Assembly (NCBI GenBank): GCA_046563655.1
Contig: CM102287.1
Location: forward strand, 4,278,001 to 4,342,000
Reading direction: 5' to 3'
DNA length: 64,000 bases
Origin: Yuukianura sp. NJ FZ-2021
Taxonomy: Eukaryota
Positions 1 through 16,600 of this stretch are shown one piece after another. Position numbers and translations under genes: made by a program. A model generated the notes under the pieces. It did no database searches. It was not told the origin of the DNA and saw only the letters and a list, made by a program, of their open reading frames with translations. How positions within the stretch are numbered: the first letter of the stretch is position 1; each line of letters opens with the position of its first letter.

Positions 1-178
1 AGAACACTTTTAAGAGGTTGACCTAACCTTGTGTGTTACAAAGAAAGTAAAAAAGTTGCTGCTGAAATTTCTTAGACTTTAGAGAAATTTTATTGAGAAA
101 AAGAATCAGTGGGATTTTGATTTTTTCAGAATTTTTTTAAATCTAATTTTGTTTTGTTTTTGTTTTTTTGCTTTTTAG

Positions 179-3808
<3,630 letters not shown>

Positions 3809-4519
3809 AACTCATTGAACTTTGCCAGGTCAAGGTCAGAGGTAAAGTGGCAGAAACAGATCAAAGGTCAAACTCCTGAAAAAAAAACATCTAGACGAAT
3901 GTGATAAAAAAACAAGCTCCATTCCTACCAACATACAACTCGTTTTTATGAATTTCTGCAAAAAAATCTATTTTATTACAAAAAATCTTCTGTATTTGCT
4001 GAAAAGTTTGCCACAAAACTTCCTTTGTGATGTCAAAAATAATTTATTTCTGTAAAAACTATTTAGAATGAGTAGAAATATATTTGAACTTATTTAAAAA
4101 ATTAGTTTAAAATCGTAGTTGTTGAATTTTAGTTTTTGTTGTAAAGTTTTGAATAGTAAATACAAAACCAAAATCCTCCAAAAAGCCTTTGTTTTATTTC
4201 TAAATTTAAGTGCATTTGGCCTTTTCTTTTGTTGTAAAAAGACGAAAGGATAAAATTGGCCAGAAAATTGAATTTTGGACCTTGAAAATCGGTTTCAAAA
4301 AAAAGTTCTTAAAAAAGTCCGGAATGTTGAGCCCCTTACTAAAAATTATTAAAAGTTAATTTTTAGTACTAAAAATACCCTAATCCTAGAAAAACAGAAA
4401 TTGCAAAGGACGACTCTGTCAGTAACGAACTACAACTCAAACGAAGCAAACTCACTTAAACCTTTAACAGTATTTAACACGTCGTATACGTTTTGAATTT
4501 GATTTTGTCTAATTTGATC

Positions 4520-5380
4520 ATGGAGCTCCAGCGTCTCCTACTCTTGTTCATGCTTTGTATCGCCGTTAGCGATAGCATTTCGTTCCGCACGAGATACGCC
4601 TGGAAAAGGCCAAAGCTTAACGTAGCAGAAGTATCTCCGTCACATTCCGTAAGTGAAAATATGACAGATTAGGCGATCGAGAACTATCAGTACCAAAACG
4701 TTAGTTGCTGCTTAAATCAATAAAATATTGACACATTTTTTACGTCAGGCTACAATTTCTCGGACGGTAGCAGCCGTTTCTGCAAGAACGAGGACAAAGC
4801 ACGCGGAATCGACGACTACTACGCCACGGCCTAACCCGTCAACTGTGGTAATGCTATAATTTAAGACTTTTTTCTACAGAATTATATCCCGTATTCCTAA
4901 TTATCAGGGATGTCAAAAATATTTAGTCTCCATTCGCGTAATATTAACAAGAAAAAAATATTTCCGCGTTTTGTGTTACTAAATATTTATTTATTTGCCC
5001 ATGCCCATTAGCGTTAAATCAGTAAATATTTGTTTGATTTTCTAAGAAAATATTTTTTTGTCAATATTTCGCGGGTACATAGATTTGGCACATATTTTTG
5101 ACAACCCTGTTAATTATATTAATTAGAAACTTAATTAATTTGTTGTTCTTCTCTCGCCCTGATGAAGGTTCCGCAACAAGACGTAGGAACTGTACGGCAA
5201 AACCGTACGGAACGACGAAACGAAATCATGGTATACAATAATATACATTAAATTCCTACACATTTAGTAAGTATAGTTTGTGCTTTTATTTAAACAATTT
5301 TAACTTAGGAACGGCATCGGCAGCATCAGCAGCGCGTGGATAGAATAATCGAGCAACTGAAGTTGACTAAATCGATTTGA
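4520..5380 (+). CDS. Small secreted orphan protein, 120 aa, 4 exons (absent from the ORF track)
   Basis: Exons 4520-4648, 4749-4847, 5168-5230 and 5309-5380 are joined by three phase-0 GT-AG introns, open from ATG to TGA. Hydrophobic signal peptide MELQRLLLLFMLCIAVS; AATAAA near 5412. Confidence 0.75.
4905..5109. mobile_element. hAT-like MITE in intron 2 of the small secreted gene
   Basis: 18-bp TIRs with 1 mismatch (CAGGGATGTCAAAAATAT ... ATATTTTTGACAACCCTG); 8-bp target-site duplication CTAATTAT / TTAATTAT (7/8). Confidence 0.8.
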
Positions 5381-6739
5381 CTTTCGCTTTTGACAAAATT
5401 TATATATATAAAATAAAACTTTTAATACCAAAACAAATGAAATAAAAAAAGACCAAAAAATTCCCACTCAACGATCTCCTTTATCACTTTTATTATTTTT
5501 TGTAACTTTTTCATTTCTTTTTCACATTTCCAACTTTCTCTTCCTTTTTGTGTACTTTTTCATTTCTCCTATTTTTCACAGTTCGCGTTCTTGCACTTGT
5601 ACGAGTTGATTTTTAAAAAATGGTATTTTTTAGACTTTTACAATACAAAAAGACGACGAGAGGAGTTAGTTTTAGTAGTTCGAGAGTTTAGAGGGACGTG
5701 AGATGTGAATTTGCGAAAATCTGACAAAGGGAGAGCAATGGAGCCAAAAAGTTAACAAATTCAACAAAATCTGTTTCGTCTGTTCAGATTAATTAATTGT
5801 TAATTACTAATTTAACAATTTGCTACTTTTCAACTAAAGAAAAATTACAAAGGAAGTTTAGTCCTGCAAAACAGAATTTTTACCGATTTCTAACACTTTG
5901 CCAGAAAAGAAAAGAAAAACACAACAAATTGGTATTTTTTGAATTACAATTTGGAGAATGAAGAAAAAGGAACAACAGTTATTATCATCGAATCGAAGTC
6001 CGTGACTGACCTCTCGTCAAGCGTGTGACCTTTGACCTTTCCATTACAATAATTACTAAATTTCCCTAAAGAGCTGAAGTTAATTTAGTATTACAACTAA
6101 TTTAAATTAAACCTTAACCTTAGAATCCTTAAACGGAAATTACATTTTTAGTCCTTATTAATCATAAGTTAAGTTGTTTGTTTTGTTTTTTAAGTTTAAT
6201 ATCACACAGCTTAGTAGTTTTTTTCTTCAAGTGTAGATGAACCATGCAAGGATTCCTTCTGGACATTTAGTACACCTAAATCTAGCCTAACTGAGAAAGA
6301 ATTACCCTAGTTTAATTCAATTCCCCCACGGGGAAGTATAGAGTAGGGACAGGGATGACCTTGACCTTTGACCTTGACTCAACCACCACCATTTTGTATT
6401 AAATTTTAAGTTAACAATTACCTAACTCCTTTACAAAAAAGTTTTACATCACACCGACCATAAAGACCGAAGAAAAATGGTAACAAGAAGGTCAAGGGTC
6501 AAGAACTCTTCAAAATTCCTTTGGTGGGGCGGGGCATGGTGGGACAAGCATCTAAAGCGATGGGATTTTCGAAATTACATGACTTTTTTTTTGAGTTTTA
6601 CAGATTTTGAAACATTTTTAAGTTACATTTTGTAACAATTAAGCCTTATTATAATTACTGAACACGGATTTTGTAAATTCAAAAAAACAAAAAACAAAAA
6701 ACGGACCGTAAAACTGACTGCTTAACTTTTTCTAACCCC

Positions 6740-9700
6740 TCAAATTCCAATTTCTGGGCAGTACACTAAATTTTTGAATCGCTGCGTCTTGTCTCCGCAA
6801 TCGAATTGATCTCGGATGTAGGCTACACCATTTTGGGGAGCAGGCGAAAGCGGAAGTGGTTTGGCCGAGAGGACTTCGTTTACGTGCGTTTCTGAACCTT
6901 GACCTCGTGACTCTTCCAGATTCAGAATCGTTTCGCCGTTTGTAGAGCCATGGTGGAACTTTTCCGAACTGAAAATGGTGCCGGTTGGTGTCGTCGGAGA
7001 GCAATCCATACTTTCATCCGTCTGACTTCCATTTGAAGAACTCCCTTCTTCCATTGGTTCTCCATTCGTCTTGCAATGTTTCACAAAAGTATCGGGAGAC
7101 AGAAGGACGTTGATGCTGACAGTACTTGCAGATTGTTCAGTTCGGTTTCTTGTACCGGCGGTTTCCGATACTGTTCCACGGCTGTCCGGATCGGGTTTCA
7201 CGGCTACTTTCTGAATAACCGTAGTTTCTCCGTCTCCACACCAATCCGGTTCGCTGTCACTCTCCGTTTCAGGAAAATCAAACGGCGGTTCCGGATCAGT
7301 TGCTGTCAAGTCCGGAAATCCAAACCACTCGGGTTCTGTTCGGTGACTGTCGGGACCATGTACATTTTGCATATTACAGAGATCGGCACTATGTTTATCC
7401 AGGAGTGCAGTTTCGACGATTGATTCGTCAGCATCTCCTAGGAGAAAATATGGTGGGCCATGGGGTTCAAGGTGGGGATCAGCAAGGAGATTTGCCACTT
7501 CAAAGAGCATGAGGTCTTCATCCTCTCGAGCACAAACTGTGCCCATGAAGGCTGCAAGTTTCGGCGGTGGAGTTGAACCTTCCACGACTTCCTCTTTGAT
7601 TTGAACGGTTCGGAGAGGAGGAGAGATTGAAGCAATTTGAGATCGACTTGGACATGAGGCTGAAGATGATGCAGTAACGGATGCTGAGGACGGCGCTCGA
7701 GCTCTTCTGGGACGCAGTTTCCTCTGCACGAAACTGAAACGAAAAAAACATAAACAAAATTTAGTTTTCAGATTCAAATTTCGAAACTGTTTTCATAAAA
7801 CTTACTTTTCGGGGAGCGGCTTCCCAATGATGTCGAAGATTTCAACTTCTTTTTTCACTGGAGGTTGGCCAAGCGTATAATTTTCACCCAACGGAGATTC
7901 CGCCGGTTCTCTTCGACTCCCCGAATCGAAGATATCGAAACCAACGGATCTCCAGAAACTATCATTTTCCCTACCACTCTGTCTGTCTATCACCATTCTG
8001 AATTCCACAAAACCAAAAATATTCAAACTTGAGCACCACAACTTCAACTTAGCAACATAAAACTGAAAATATTGGCAGTATTCGAGTATTCTCACCGTCC
8101 ACCGCGCCCAATCCTCCTCCGGGCTGAGCCAATGAAATGGTTATGACCAAACAACTTTGTTGATGCTGGAAAGAAATTTAATCTATCACCAGTTCCGTCT
8201 TCCAAAGACCTGGGTGGAGAGCGAACTGGGTCGGTTGCCTAAAAAGTTTTCACAATTGCTAAACAGGATCTTAGCTCAGTCCTTACAATTTAACTGTTTT
8301 AGCCACAACTAATCGTGTAGCAAATTACAAAAAATATGCGCATTACAAGGTTGTATAAACAGTTTAGTCGGCGTCTAAATGGAAACGGACCCTCAGGCTC
8401 CTCTTCGTCTGGATTAGAGGGCGGTTTCACCGCTTCATCATCAGAGCTCATCGGATCACCATCAACAAAATCCAGGCTCTAAAATTTTCCAAATCAATTA
8501 GTAATCGAAACCACGATCATGACTTGCTGAGTCATCGAAAAACAGATTATCCACTTTTACAACTTTTTTGAGTGTTTTTGTCAGTTCTTCAACTCACCTG
8601 ACTTGAAGCAGTGGGGCCAACGACCAAACTGGTGGCAGAACCAGTTGGCGTTGGTTTGGAAGCACTTTTATGCCTACGTTTCTTGTACTGTCGTTTTTCT
8701 TTCCGAGTGAGAGAGGCTAGGATTGGGTTGTCTTTAGACCATGGCAGATGATTCCCTTGATACAGTTGTGTAAATGCTGGACGAGAAGGACGCTGTGACA
8801 GGGCATCGTTCACAATTTGACCGGAAAAGTCTCCAACTTGATACCTGAGACAATAAAATGACAAAAATTTTAGCAATTCTAACCAAATTCTTGAAAAACA
8901 TGAACATTCAATTTCAAATAGCGTGGATTTTTCAATCATCGCTGCAAATGCATTGATTTGTGCAGTTTATTCCATTTTGCAGACCTCTTCTCAAACACTT
9001 CGATGGACAGATGAAGATGTTCACGTTTGGATTTCTCACGCTTCTTGACCATTTCCAGTAAAGTTACAGCCCGAGCCAAATCACGTTTCAATTTGAGCAT
9101 TTTCTCGTAAGAGGACTCATCATTCTTCCGATTCTTCCGAGTTTGCATTTTCTCGGTTCGTCGTCTGAATGCAATGTATGGATTGTGATTGGATATCCCA
9201 TGTCGAGCCTCCGTTCGAACTTGGGGAATTAGATGGTGTTGCTAAAAACAAAAATCAAAATCAAAAATTCAGTTTTATCTTCGTTTTTGATTTACGCTGG
9301 CCTTGAAGCATATTTTTATTCCAGAAAATGGAACATACCGTCTTAAGTCTTTTCGTCAGCCAGTAGTCATACACAGCTATAATGAGATCATCATCTTCTT
9401 TGATCAAAGCTTTGGCTTCTTGAAGAGTTACCACAGTCTGACCACTTCCTTTCTCCAGCCGATCCATCATTTCTTCAAACTAAGAGTTACGAGGGGCTCA
9501 TCATAGTAATTTTTAATCGAAACTTTTATTATAGTACTTCCAAGCACCAAGTATCGTCACCGTACTTTGTCTGGTGTCAGTTCCAGTTTCCCAGAATGAC
9601 CGCCCATCCAAACTTCGTCATCCGAGTCCATGTCGTAATCCGGAATGTCCGCTTCCATAGAAAATGCTAGAAAAAAAAACAAATACAAAAACAGGAATTA

Positions 9701-11333
9701 GCACTCAACTTCAACTGTCTGTCTGTATTTTGCACCACTTGAAAAGATTACATCGTATCGGCAGATACACAAACGTTGTATCTGAAGATACGAATCTGAA
9801 TCGTAACTTTCGAAACGAAAAATCAATGCAATTTAAGTTTCATTAACCCAAAATTGGCTTTTCATTCAAACGCGATTGATTAGTAACTAACCGCCAAACT
9901 TTGCCCATCGAAAAGTCTCATCACCGAAAATCGATTAGACTTACACATCGAATTACTTTCGCTTTTGAAGCAATTTTTAGCTTACGTTGCATGTAGATGA
10001 GCTGTCGAGGTGTCTTGTAGTCTGGTGGATACATGCAGTCGTACATTGCCAGATCGTTAATCGAAAAGACTTCCGGTGTTGGAATGGTAGTTCCTGTACA
10101 AATGGCTTGCTGGAGATGATGTTCCTGGAAAACCATTTACAGAAAAATTATTTCGCAAATTCTCTGAAATACATAGGTCAAACAACCAAAAAAAAATTAC
10201 ATTTTCATTCTCCAGAAAAACGATGGTTTTGCTACTTGCTAAAAGGCTAAATTTCGTCAAATCCGAACTACCAAACCAACCAGTTACCTTTCAGCCTTGT
10301 CCAATTCGTTTTTCATGTTGCCCATCATTTTTTACAGCAATCAATATAACGATGACACAAGCAAACCACAACTTACAATCATATAATCACCCGGATGCAT
10401 TCAAAAGACTCAATTCAAGACCAAATTGGAAGTTGAAGTTGATACATAACAATTTTCCAAATTACGACGATATTCAGCGGCCGCAACAAATTTTCGTTCA
10501 GTATTCAGGCTCAAGAACCAAAATTGCTGAAAATGATGTCTTTTGCTTTTAAATTTAATGCATTTGCCCTATCTTTCATCATCTTTTTAAGGAATCGGCA
10601 AGGACGAGGAGGAACTTAACATTACAAATTCAATAGAAATCCTAATTTTAAAATTTACCAAGGCATTAACATAACCTAGCCTTCAAAACTTAAATTTCCA
10701 ACCTGAGCTTCATGCAAAACCAAAACCCATAATTTAAGTTTGCTACAGAACGTATTCGCGAAAAAAAATTCTCCAAAATTTCATAATTCATCATAATTTC
10801 AAATTTCATGACCATGAACCACTGAATACTGAAATTTTTCACCAACTAACTACATAAACTGAACCTGAATTCATCAAACGACTGTGAGATTCAAGATTCC
10901 GACTCTGCTCGCACCACAGCATCAGCTGACTGCGAATCCAATTGATGTAATTAATTTAATTGATATTTATGTAATTTCAAAAATGAATCATGATCATATG
11001 ACTTTGTTGACATGTAACATAAACTTGGCGCCTATTACACGTGAGCAAAAGTCTCCCTACTCCTTCCTCCCCCTTTGGCAGGCAAGGAAACCACACACAC
11101 AGCGCGACGTGGCCACAAACAAAATGGCTACCTCCTCTGGCCCAACTTCTGTCGATTTAACATGATTTTTAATCGTTTCTTACAGACTCTTCTTCCTTTT
11201 CCATGCCCGTTGGCATCTGTGGGACGGTCCGGTTGATACTGGAGCAGTCAGCCGTGTCCGGAATCTCCGTGTCACGGTAAATTGGAAGAGCTTTGGTGGC
11301 GTCCAGCGCCCTCGCCCTAAACGACAACTTCAT
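6740..11333 (-). CDS. E(Pc): Enhancer of Polycomb (EPC1/2 family, NuA4/Tip60 subunit)
   Basis: Starts MKLSFRARALDATKALPIY..INRTVPQMPTGMEKEEES|EHHLQQAI; continues PDYDMDSDDE, YIAFRRRTEKMQTRKNRKNDESSYEKMLKL and RIGRGGR. Multi-exon; last exon ends at the stop at 6740. Confidence 0.95.
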
Positions 11334-11910
11334 GCTGCTGGTTGAAGGGGGAGCCGTGTCAGAGGTCACTCTCACTGCTCACTGTGCACTGGTATGAGAT
11401 GGGTAGGGGGCCCTTGAGGGCCACAGGGACCTCCAGAACCACTTGGGGACACTCGGAGGTCAGTTTCTGCTAGTTGCCCATTGTCACTGTTAGTTCCTTT
11501 CATTACTTACGTCTGGGATAAGGAGATGGGAGAGGCTTGTTCCTGTAGCTCACTCCGTGCTTCCATTCTTTTTTCTCTTCCACAAAACACACCAAATTCA
11601 CAACAACACAAAGACCCTAGCCTCACTCCGTTTCAAAACAACGCACAAGAGCACGAGTCCCGTACACAAATCAAGGGGAAACACACGACTAGCCGCCCCT
11701 TCCCACCCTCTTTAACTAATTCAAATACTTACTTAGTAGAAGTGATTAACACTTTAAGCAATTAAACACACTTTGATTCACTAATTGACACCGATTAATG
11801 ATTTTTATACACAACCTTTGACCTGGAAATTGACTCCGAACTGGCAGTTGACCGTTGAAGCAAAAACGGAGAAGAAAGGCGGGGCCTCCTCCCGCCACTT
11901 TCAAATTCCC

Positions 11911-11924
11911 CCGCTAGATGGCGG
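11911..11924 (+). promoter_or_regulatory. CTCF-like motif upstream of E(Pc)
   Basis: CCGCTAGATGGCGG matches the CTCF core CCNCNAGRKGGCR; sequence match only. Confidence 0.4.
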
Positions 11925-11972
11925 TCGTTGGAGGAAATTTTTGTATCCACTGACGCTTTCATTTCCATAATC

Positions 11973-12024
11973 CTTTCCCTTGTGGAATTTTTTCAAAATT
12001 TTGAAAAAATTCCACAAGGGAAAG
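11973..12024. repeat. Perfect 52-bp palindrome with no spacer
   Basis: CTTTCCCTTGTGGAATTTTTTCAAAA|TTTTGAAAAAATTCCACAAGGGAAAG; the two 26-bp arms are exact reverse complements. Confidence 0.95.
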
Positions 12025-12186
12025 TTTAAAAAAACTTGAATATACTATAAATTTTATAATTTGTACTAATTTTGTACAACTATTACATGGTTCAACGTAT
12101 AAACGGCGAAAATTGGCAAGCGGCGAAGTTTTTTGAACCTGATTCTAAAAAAATCTCATTGAAGGAAGAAGACTTTGTTCTGAGCA

Positions 12187-13621
12187 TCAAAAAGTCTTAA
12201 AATTCAGCTCATTCTTGTTGAATTGAAAACAGAAGTTGAAGATTCCTTGGACTTGACCTTTTTCAAGGTCACTGAGATCCTTTTTGTCATGAATGCTTTG
12301 ACCTTGACCTAGTTCTTGCCTGTAGTATTTAAAAAGGACAGCAGAAGCTGTTTGCTGTCGACAAAGACCATTTGTCACTCTCAGTCGATTGTTCGAAATC
12401 TAAGTTTTGATAAGCGTGGGACAGAGAAAACAGAGTTTAAATTGTTCAATTTGAAAATAGGGTTCCTACTTTCTCTTTAGGAAAACTTAAGCTGACAATT
12501 GATCGAAGACTGAGAGAGCGAACTCAATTAATAATCCTTTGGAATACCAAAATAGAATCGTCAACATCTTTTTCACTTTTCCTTTTCTCCTGCAACTGTC
12601 AATCAAAAAACAAAAAATCAATCACTATTCCGAAAAGTTTCATTTCTAAAAACTATTTCTGTTTCAACCTTACGTGTTGCTATAAATTGTTTTGTTTTTC
12701 AAAAACTGGTTCCAATTTTCAAAAAATGTAGGTCATCCGAGGTTGTCAGTTGAAAATTGAAGTCGTATTTCATATTTAGACAAGAAGGACTAAAGCGAAG
12801 GGATCTCTGCTTTCCATCTTCCAATTTTCCATTGTTGTCTGTGTGCTATTGTTGTTTTCGGCAGAGGCTAACCTCAAAATAGAGATTGAGCAGCAGAACT
12901 CCCGCAATGAAACTCCAAATTGGACAGTTTCCTTCCAGGACATACAAACAAAACGTCAAGGTAAGGTTGGATTCTTCAAATATCCTGTGAGACTCTCACT
13001 TTCTATCGGCCTTGCTCTCGATAAAGTGGAATTCCAGGTCATACGTCACCGTGAACATTTTGATGCTGAAATTCAAAAAAAAATTCAACATAAAGTAACC
13101 AGCAGAATATTTGTTAGGTTATGCTACCATAGTCGAACCAAGTGCCAAATCTTTAAAGCGTCAAATCCAATGTTGCATTTGACATTGACAATTCTGTTCA
13201 GCATCACTGGTTCCATCGACTCGCTGTTGGAGCTAGTAACTGTGACATGCGCATCTTGTTTGTTTTTGAAGATCAACGTCAGGGAAAAAGCAATTTGTTG
13301 AGGCGATGATTAAAACTTGGAAGCTGACACCCCAACACCTCTTTTGCATTAATTGAGCGTCGAAATTCCCAAATGAGTGCAGAAACGAAACAGTTTTCTG
13401 TGAGTGTGAAAATGCTTGCAGTATCTTCGTTGTAACTTCGTAATTGTTGTGCTGGCGGAGCCTCTGAGCGTGGTACGGTCGATCCAAAGTGAAGGCAAAT
13501 AGGTGTTAGCAGAGGAGGCACAATTGGCATTGTTGAAAGTGAAATTGATGAAGATTTCAAGTTTTCTCTTTTAAAATGTTGACGGCCAACGAAGATTCCG
13601 TTACGCTCCTCCGTTCTTCAC
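12187..13621 (-). pseudogene. Possible decayed multi-exon gene or spliced non-coding transcript
   Basis: Several less AT-rich blocks are bounded by minus-strand AG/GT signals, but joined frames carry stops or frameshifts (e.g. ..FHFIESKADRK*ESH.., ..FLKIGTSF*K..). No family recognised. Confidence 0.3.
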
Positions 13622-16600
13622 CTAAAAACCAAAAAAGATCATAAGAAAAATAAAAGCGATGAGCTAATCTCAAGCATAACACTAAATAAGTCACACTAAC
13701 CACAAACAAAAATTTTAACAAAAACAACAATTTTTCTGTATAATTTTTTTTGAACTATGAACAAACTACAGTCCATTTATTAAAATATTTTTTTCTCTAC
13801 TTTTGATATAATTATGGCTTCAGTTAACGTTAGGTTAAAGAAATTTCGAAAAACTGTTTTCATAAATTTGAAAATTTCGAAAAAGGTGAAATTCAAAAAT
13901 TCGACAGAAAAAAATTTCCGTTCATACTTAACATTTTCAGATGAAAATTCCACAATTTTGTATAAACCGTACATTAGTAATTCTCGACAATACAAATTTC
14001 ATAACAATGAAATTGACAGGAAGGAAATAATGGTCGTTTCTTGACAATTGAGCCTTTTAGTTAGTTAATTGTTACTTAAATTACCTAATTTGACTGCAAC
14101 ATAACATGAATCATAATTTTCAATTGGTAACTTTATGTTTTACAGCCAGGAACAGGATGAGGTGAGAGTTATTCCCAATTTTTAGAACAAAGCAGAAATC
14201 CGTCCGCACTCCTTTCCTGCCAATTCCATTGTTAAAGACAAGTAGCAGTTTAGGCACGTTTGTCTCTTAGGTCATAAAACGGATGTGTGGTTACTGCTGC
14301 TTATGCTTGGGGTTACGTGGATTACGTGAATTAATTGAAAGTTAAGTTTAGTCAAAATAATTGAAGGATTGGAGCCATGAGAGAATGGGACTTTCACATT
14401 CGATGACCCCTGGCAACTGTCGTTCCACGCGGGGGAACCCTCAGATTTCGTTTCACTTAAAAAAGAGCCATAACTGTGGTGGTGTGCAGTGCTAACTGAT
14501 GCTAAGTACTTTAGCACAGTTGAGTCAACTGACCAAGCCACTTTTTACGTTATAAAGTGAAAAGATGATTACCTCAGATGAGAAGAGTCAATCGAATAAT
14601 CTCCATCCCAAGACCTAACAACACACGTAACATTAACGTAACACAACTCGTAATTCAAGCTGTTAATTAATCGATACCATTTTATGATACACACACCTTC
14701 AAGAAATCCCAATCTGCTGTGCTGTGAGGCAAGCGTTAGAGTCGTAATTTTTTTAAGTACCCAGCGACACAGCATTCTTTCTGCGCGGGAAATGACTTCC
14801 GTAAACTTTCCGAATGCAGCTTTCAAAACCTATAAAAAAGATGGGCAGACGTTTTATGTTGTTGCATAAAAAACGACATTAGGTTTTACATTCAGGAATT
14901 TTCTGGATACCTGAAATCAGGCTGGACCATCATGTTTTATGTACAAGATCCAAAGGTCGACGAGTTTTTGTAGAGATGTTCTGAGTTCTGAAAAGAATCT
15001 GGGTTGTGAAAAGTGAAAGTTTCTGGATAATTGCATGAAGATAAGAATAGAGTTGAAGGATTTGGCATTGCCTAGACCATTGAGGATCCTTTCATCATGA
15101 AGAAGAGCGATGATGTTCAACCCAAGTTGAAGAGTAAGATGTGCGTAAGATGGGCTGATCACGCCGTGAGTCTTCAAAGTGAGAGTTTTCTGGCATTGTT
15201 GAACGGATCTTGAAAGCGATGATGCCTTTCCAATGCACCCTGCTAGAAAAATAACAATGGACTCTTCAGTTGTTCATATTGTTGGCACACACTGTGTAGC
15301 TAAAAGTAGTGTTAAGGGAAAGGGAATGACACTACAGAAGTAATCACTGTTTTGAGCCAAAATGTTTCAAGGAGAGCCCTTCATACAGTGTAACAGTACG
15401 AGAGTCATATAGATTTAACAATTACTCACATAGTTGTAGCAGAAAACGGCAAAAGGAGTTCCTTCAACAACAATCGACGGAGTACCCCCCTCCCCTTCGT
15501 CGCCGTCCTTCTGCATCCTCATGCTTTCATGAACTCTTCACAATTCTGTTCGTAGTCAGTCCGTATCCATCGACAGGTGACTACGACCCTAGTAGTCACC
15601 GACCTCCTCCAGTCATCCTCCACAAACTGAGAGCTTATTGTTCAATATCCTCATTGTTATGTTTGTTGTTCTGTTTACAAAGTTACAACACAAGTAGGTT
15701 AGGATAACATCTTAGAATCATTAGTAAAAGTAATTAAGTCAAGATCACTTGTCAACTGGAAAGCTTACGTGAGTGTTAGTTTAGCGATCGTTATCCAGGA
15801 AGTGCTTAGTCAGAATTCCAGTTCGGGATTGCAGACAGATTCCTTAGAATCCAAATCCAAGCTGTGGATAATCGTCACGGAGGCCCTTAGCCGGCGGAAT
15901 TCCATTTCTCCACGGAGGGATCGGTGCGAAGACCTTGACTTGTTTATTGGAAATGCTTCTCACGGTTCCAACGTCCACAAATTACTAAGGTCAGTCGTTG
16001 TTTCCCGTTGCTCAAATCAATTACTTCGAAAGGTCAGGTCAACTGAAACATCAAAACAAAAACGAAAGACCCTGGTTGAAACATCAGAACTGTTTAAAAT
16101 TGCAAGCTAAAATTCCAAACATTCCCCAGTTTATTTTTCACGTGACGTTAAAATGCGGGTTTTGTTTACTTTTCGAATCCAAGAATTTCCCGCCGCTTTT
16201 AAAAAATAAAGCGCGATAATTTGAAAGTAGCGTTTTTACGTTACTCTGTTAAAGATATGAAAATTTTAAAGAAAGTCCACTAGGTTTGTTTCTGATTGAC
16301 CTTTGACCTGCACCTACAAACAGCAATATCTTTCAAGGTCGTTACCCCTTAGCACAGTTTTGCTCAAATAGCTTTTAACGGAACTTATTTGAACAAGGAT
16401 TTGAAACAAGAAGGATTGAAGCCATGAAGGGACGAGTAACGGTATTTGGAGAAAGTTTTTGAAAAGGGTTAAATTGAAATTTTGAAAAAAATGTTCCGTT
16501 TTGAACAACATTCTCAAACTAGAACTAAATTTCAAACAGCAATGCAACATCAATGACTGCGCTTGATGTCAAAAAGTGAAGCTTGTTTTAGGCCAAACAA

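Noticed and set aside
12680..13300. Selenoprotein or TGA-readthrough explanation for in-frame TGA codons in the minus-strand blocks
   Set aside because: TAA stops and frameshifts are also needed to join the blocks, and no SECIS-like hairpin was identified.
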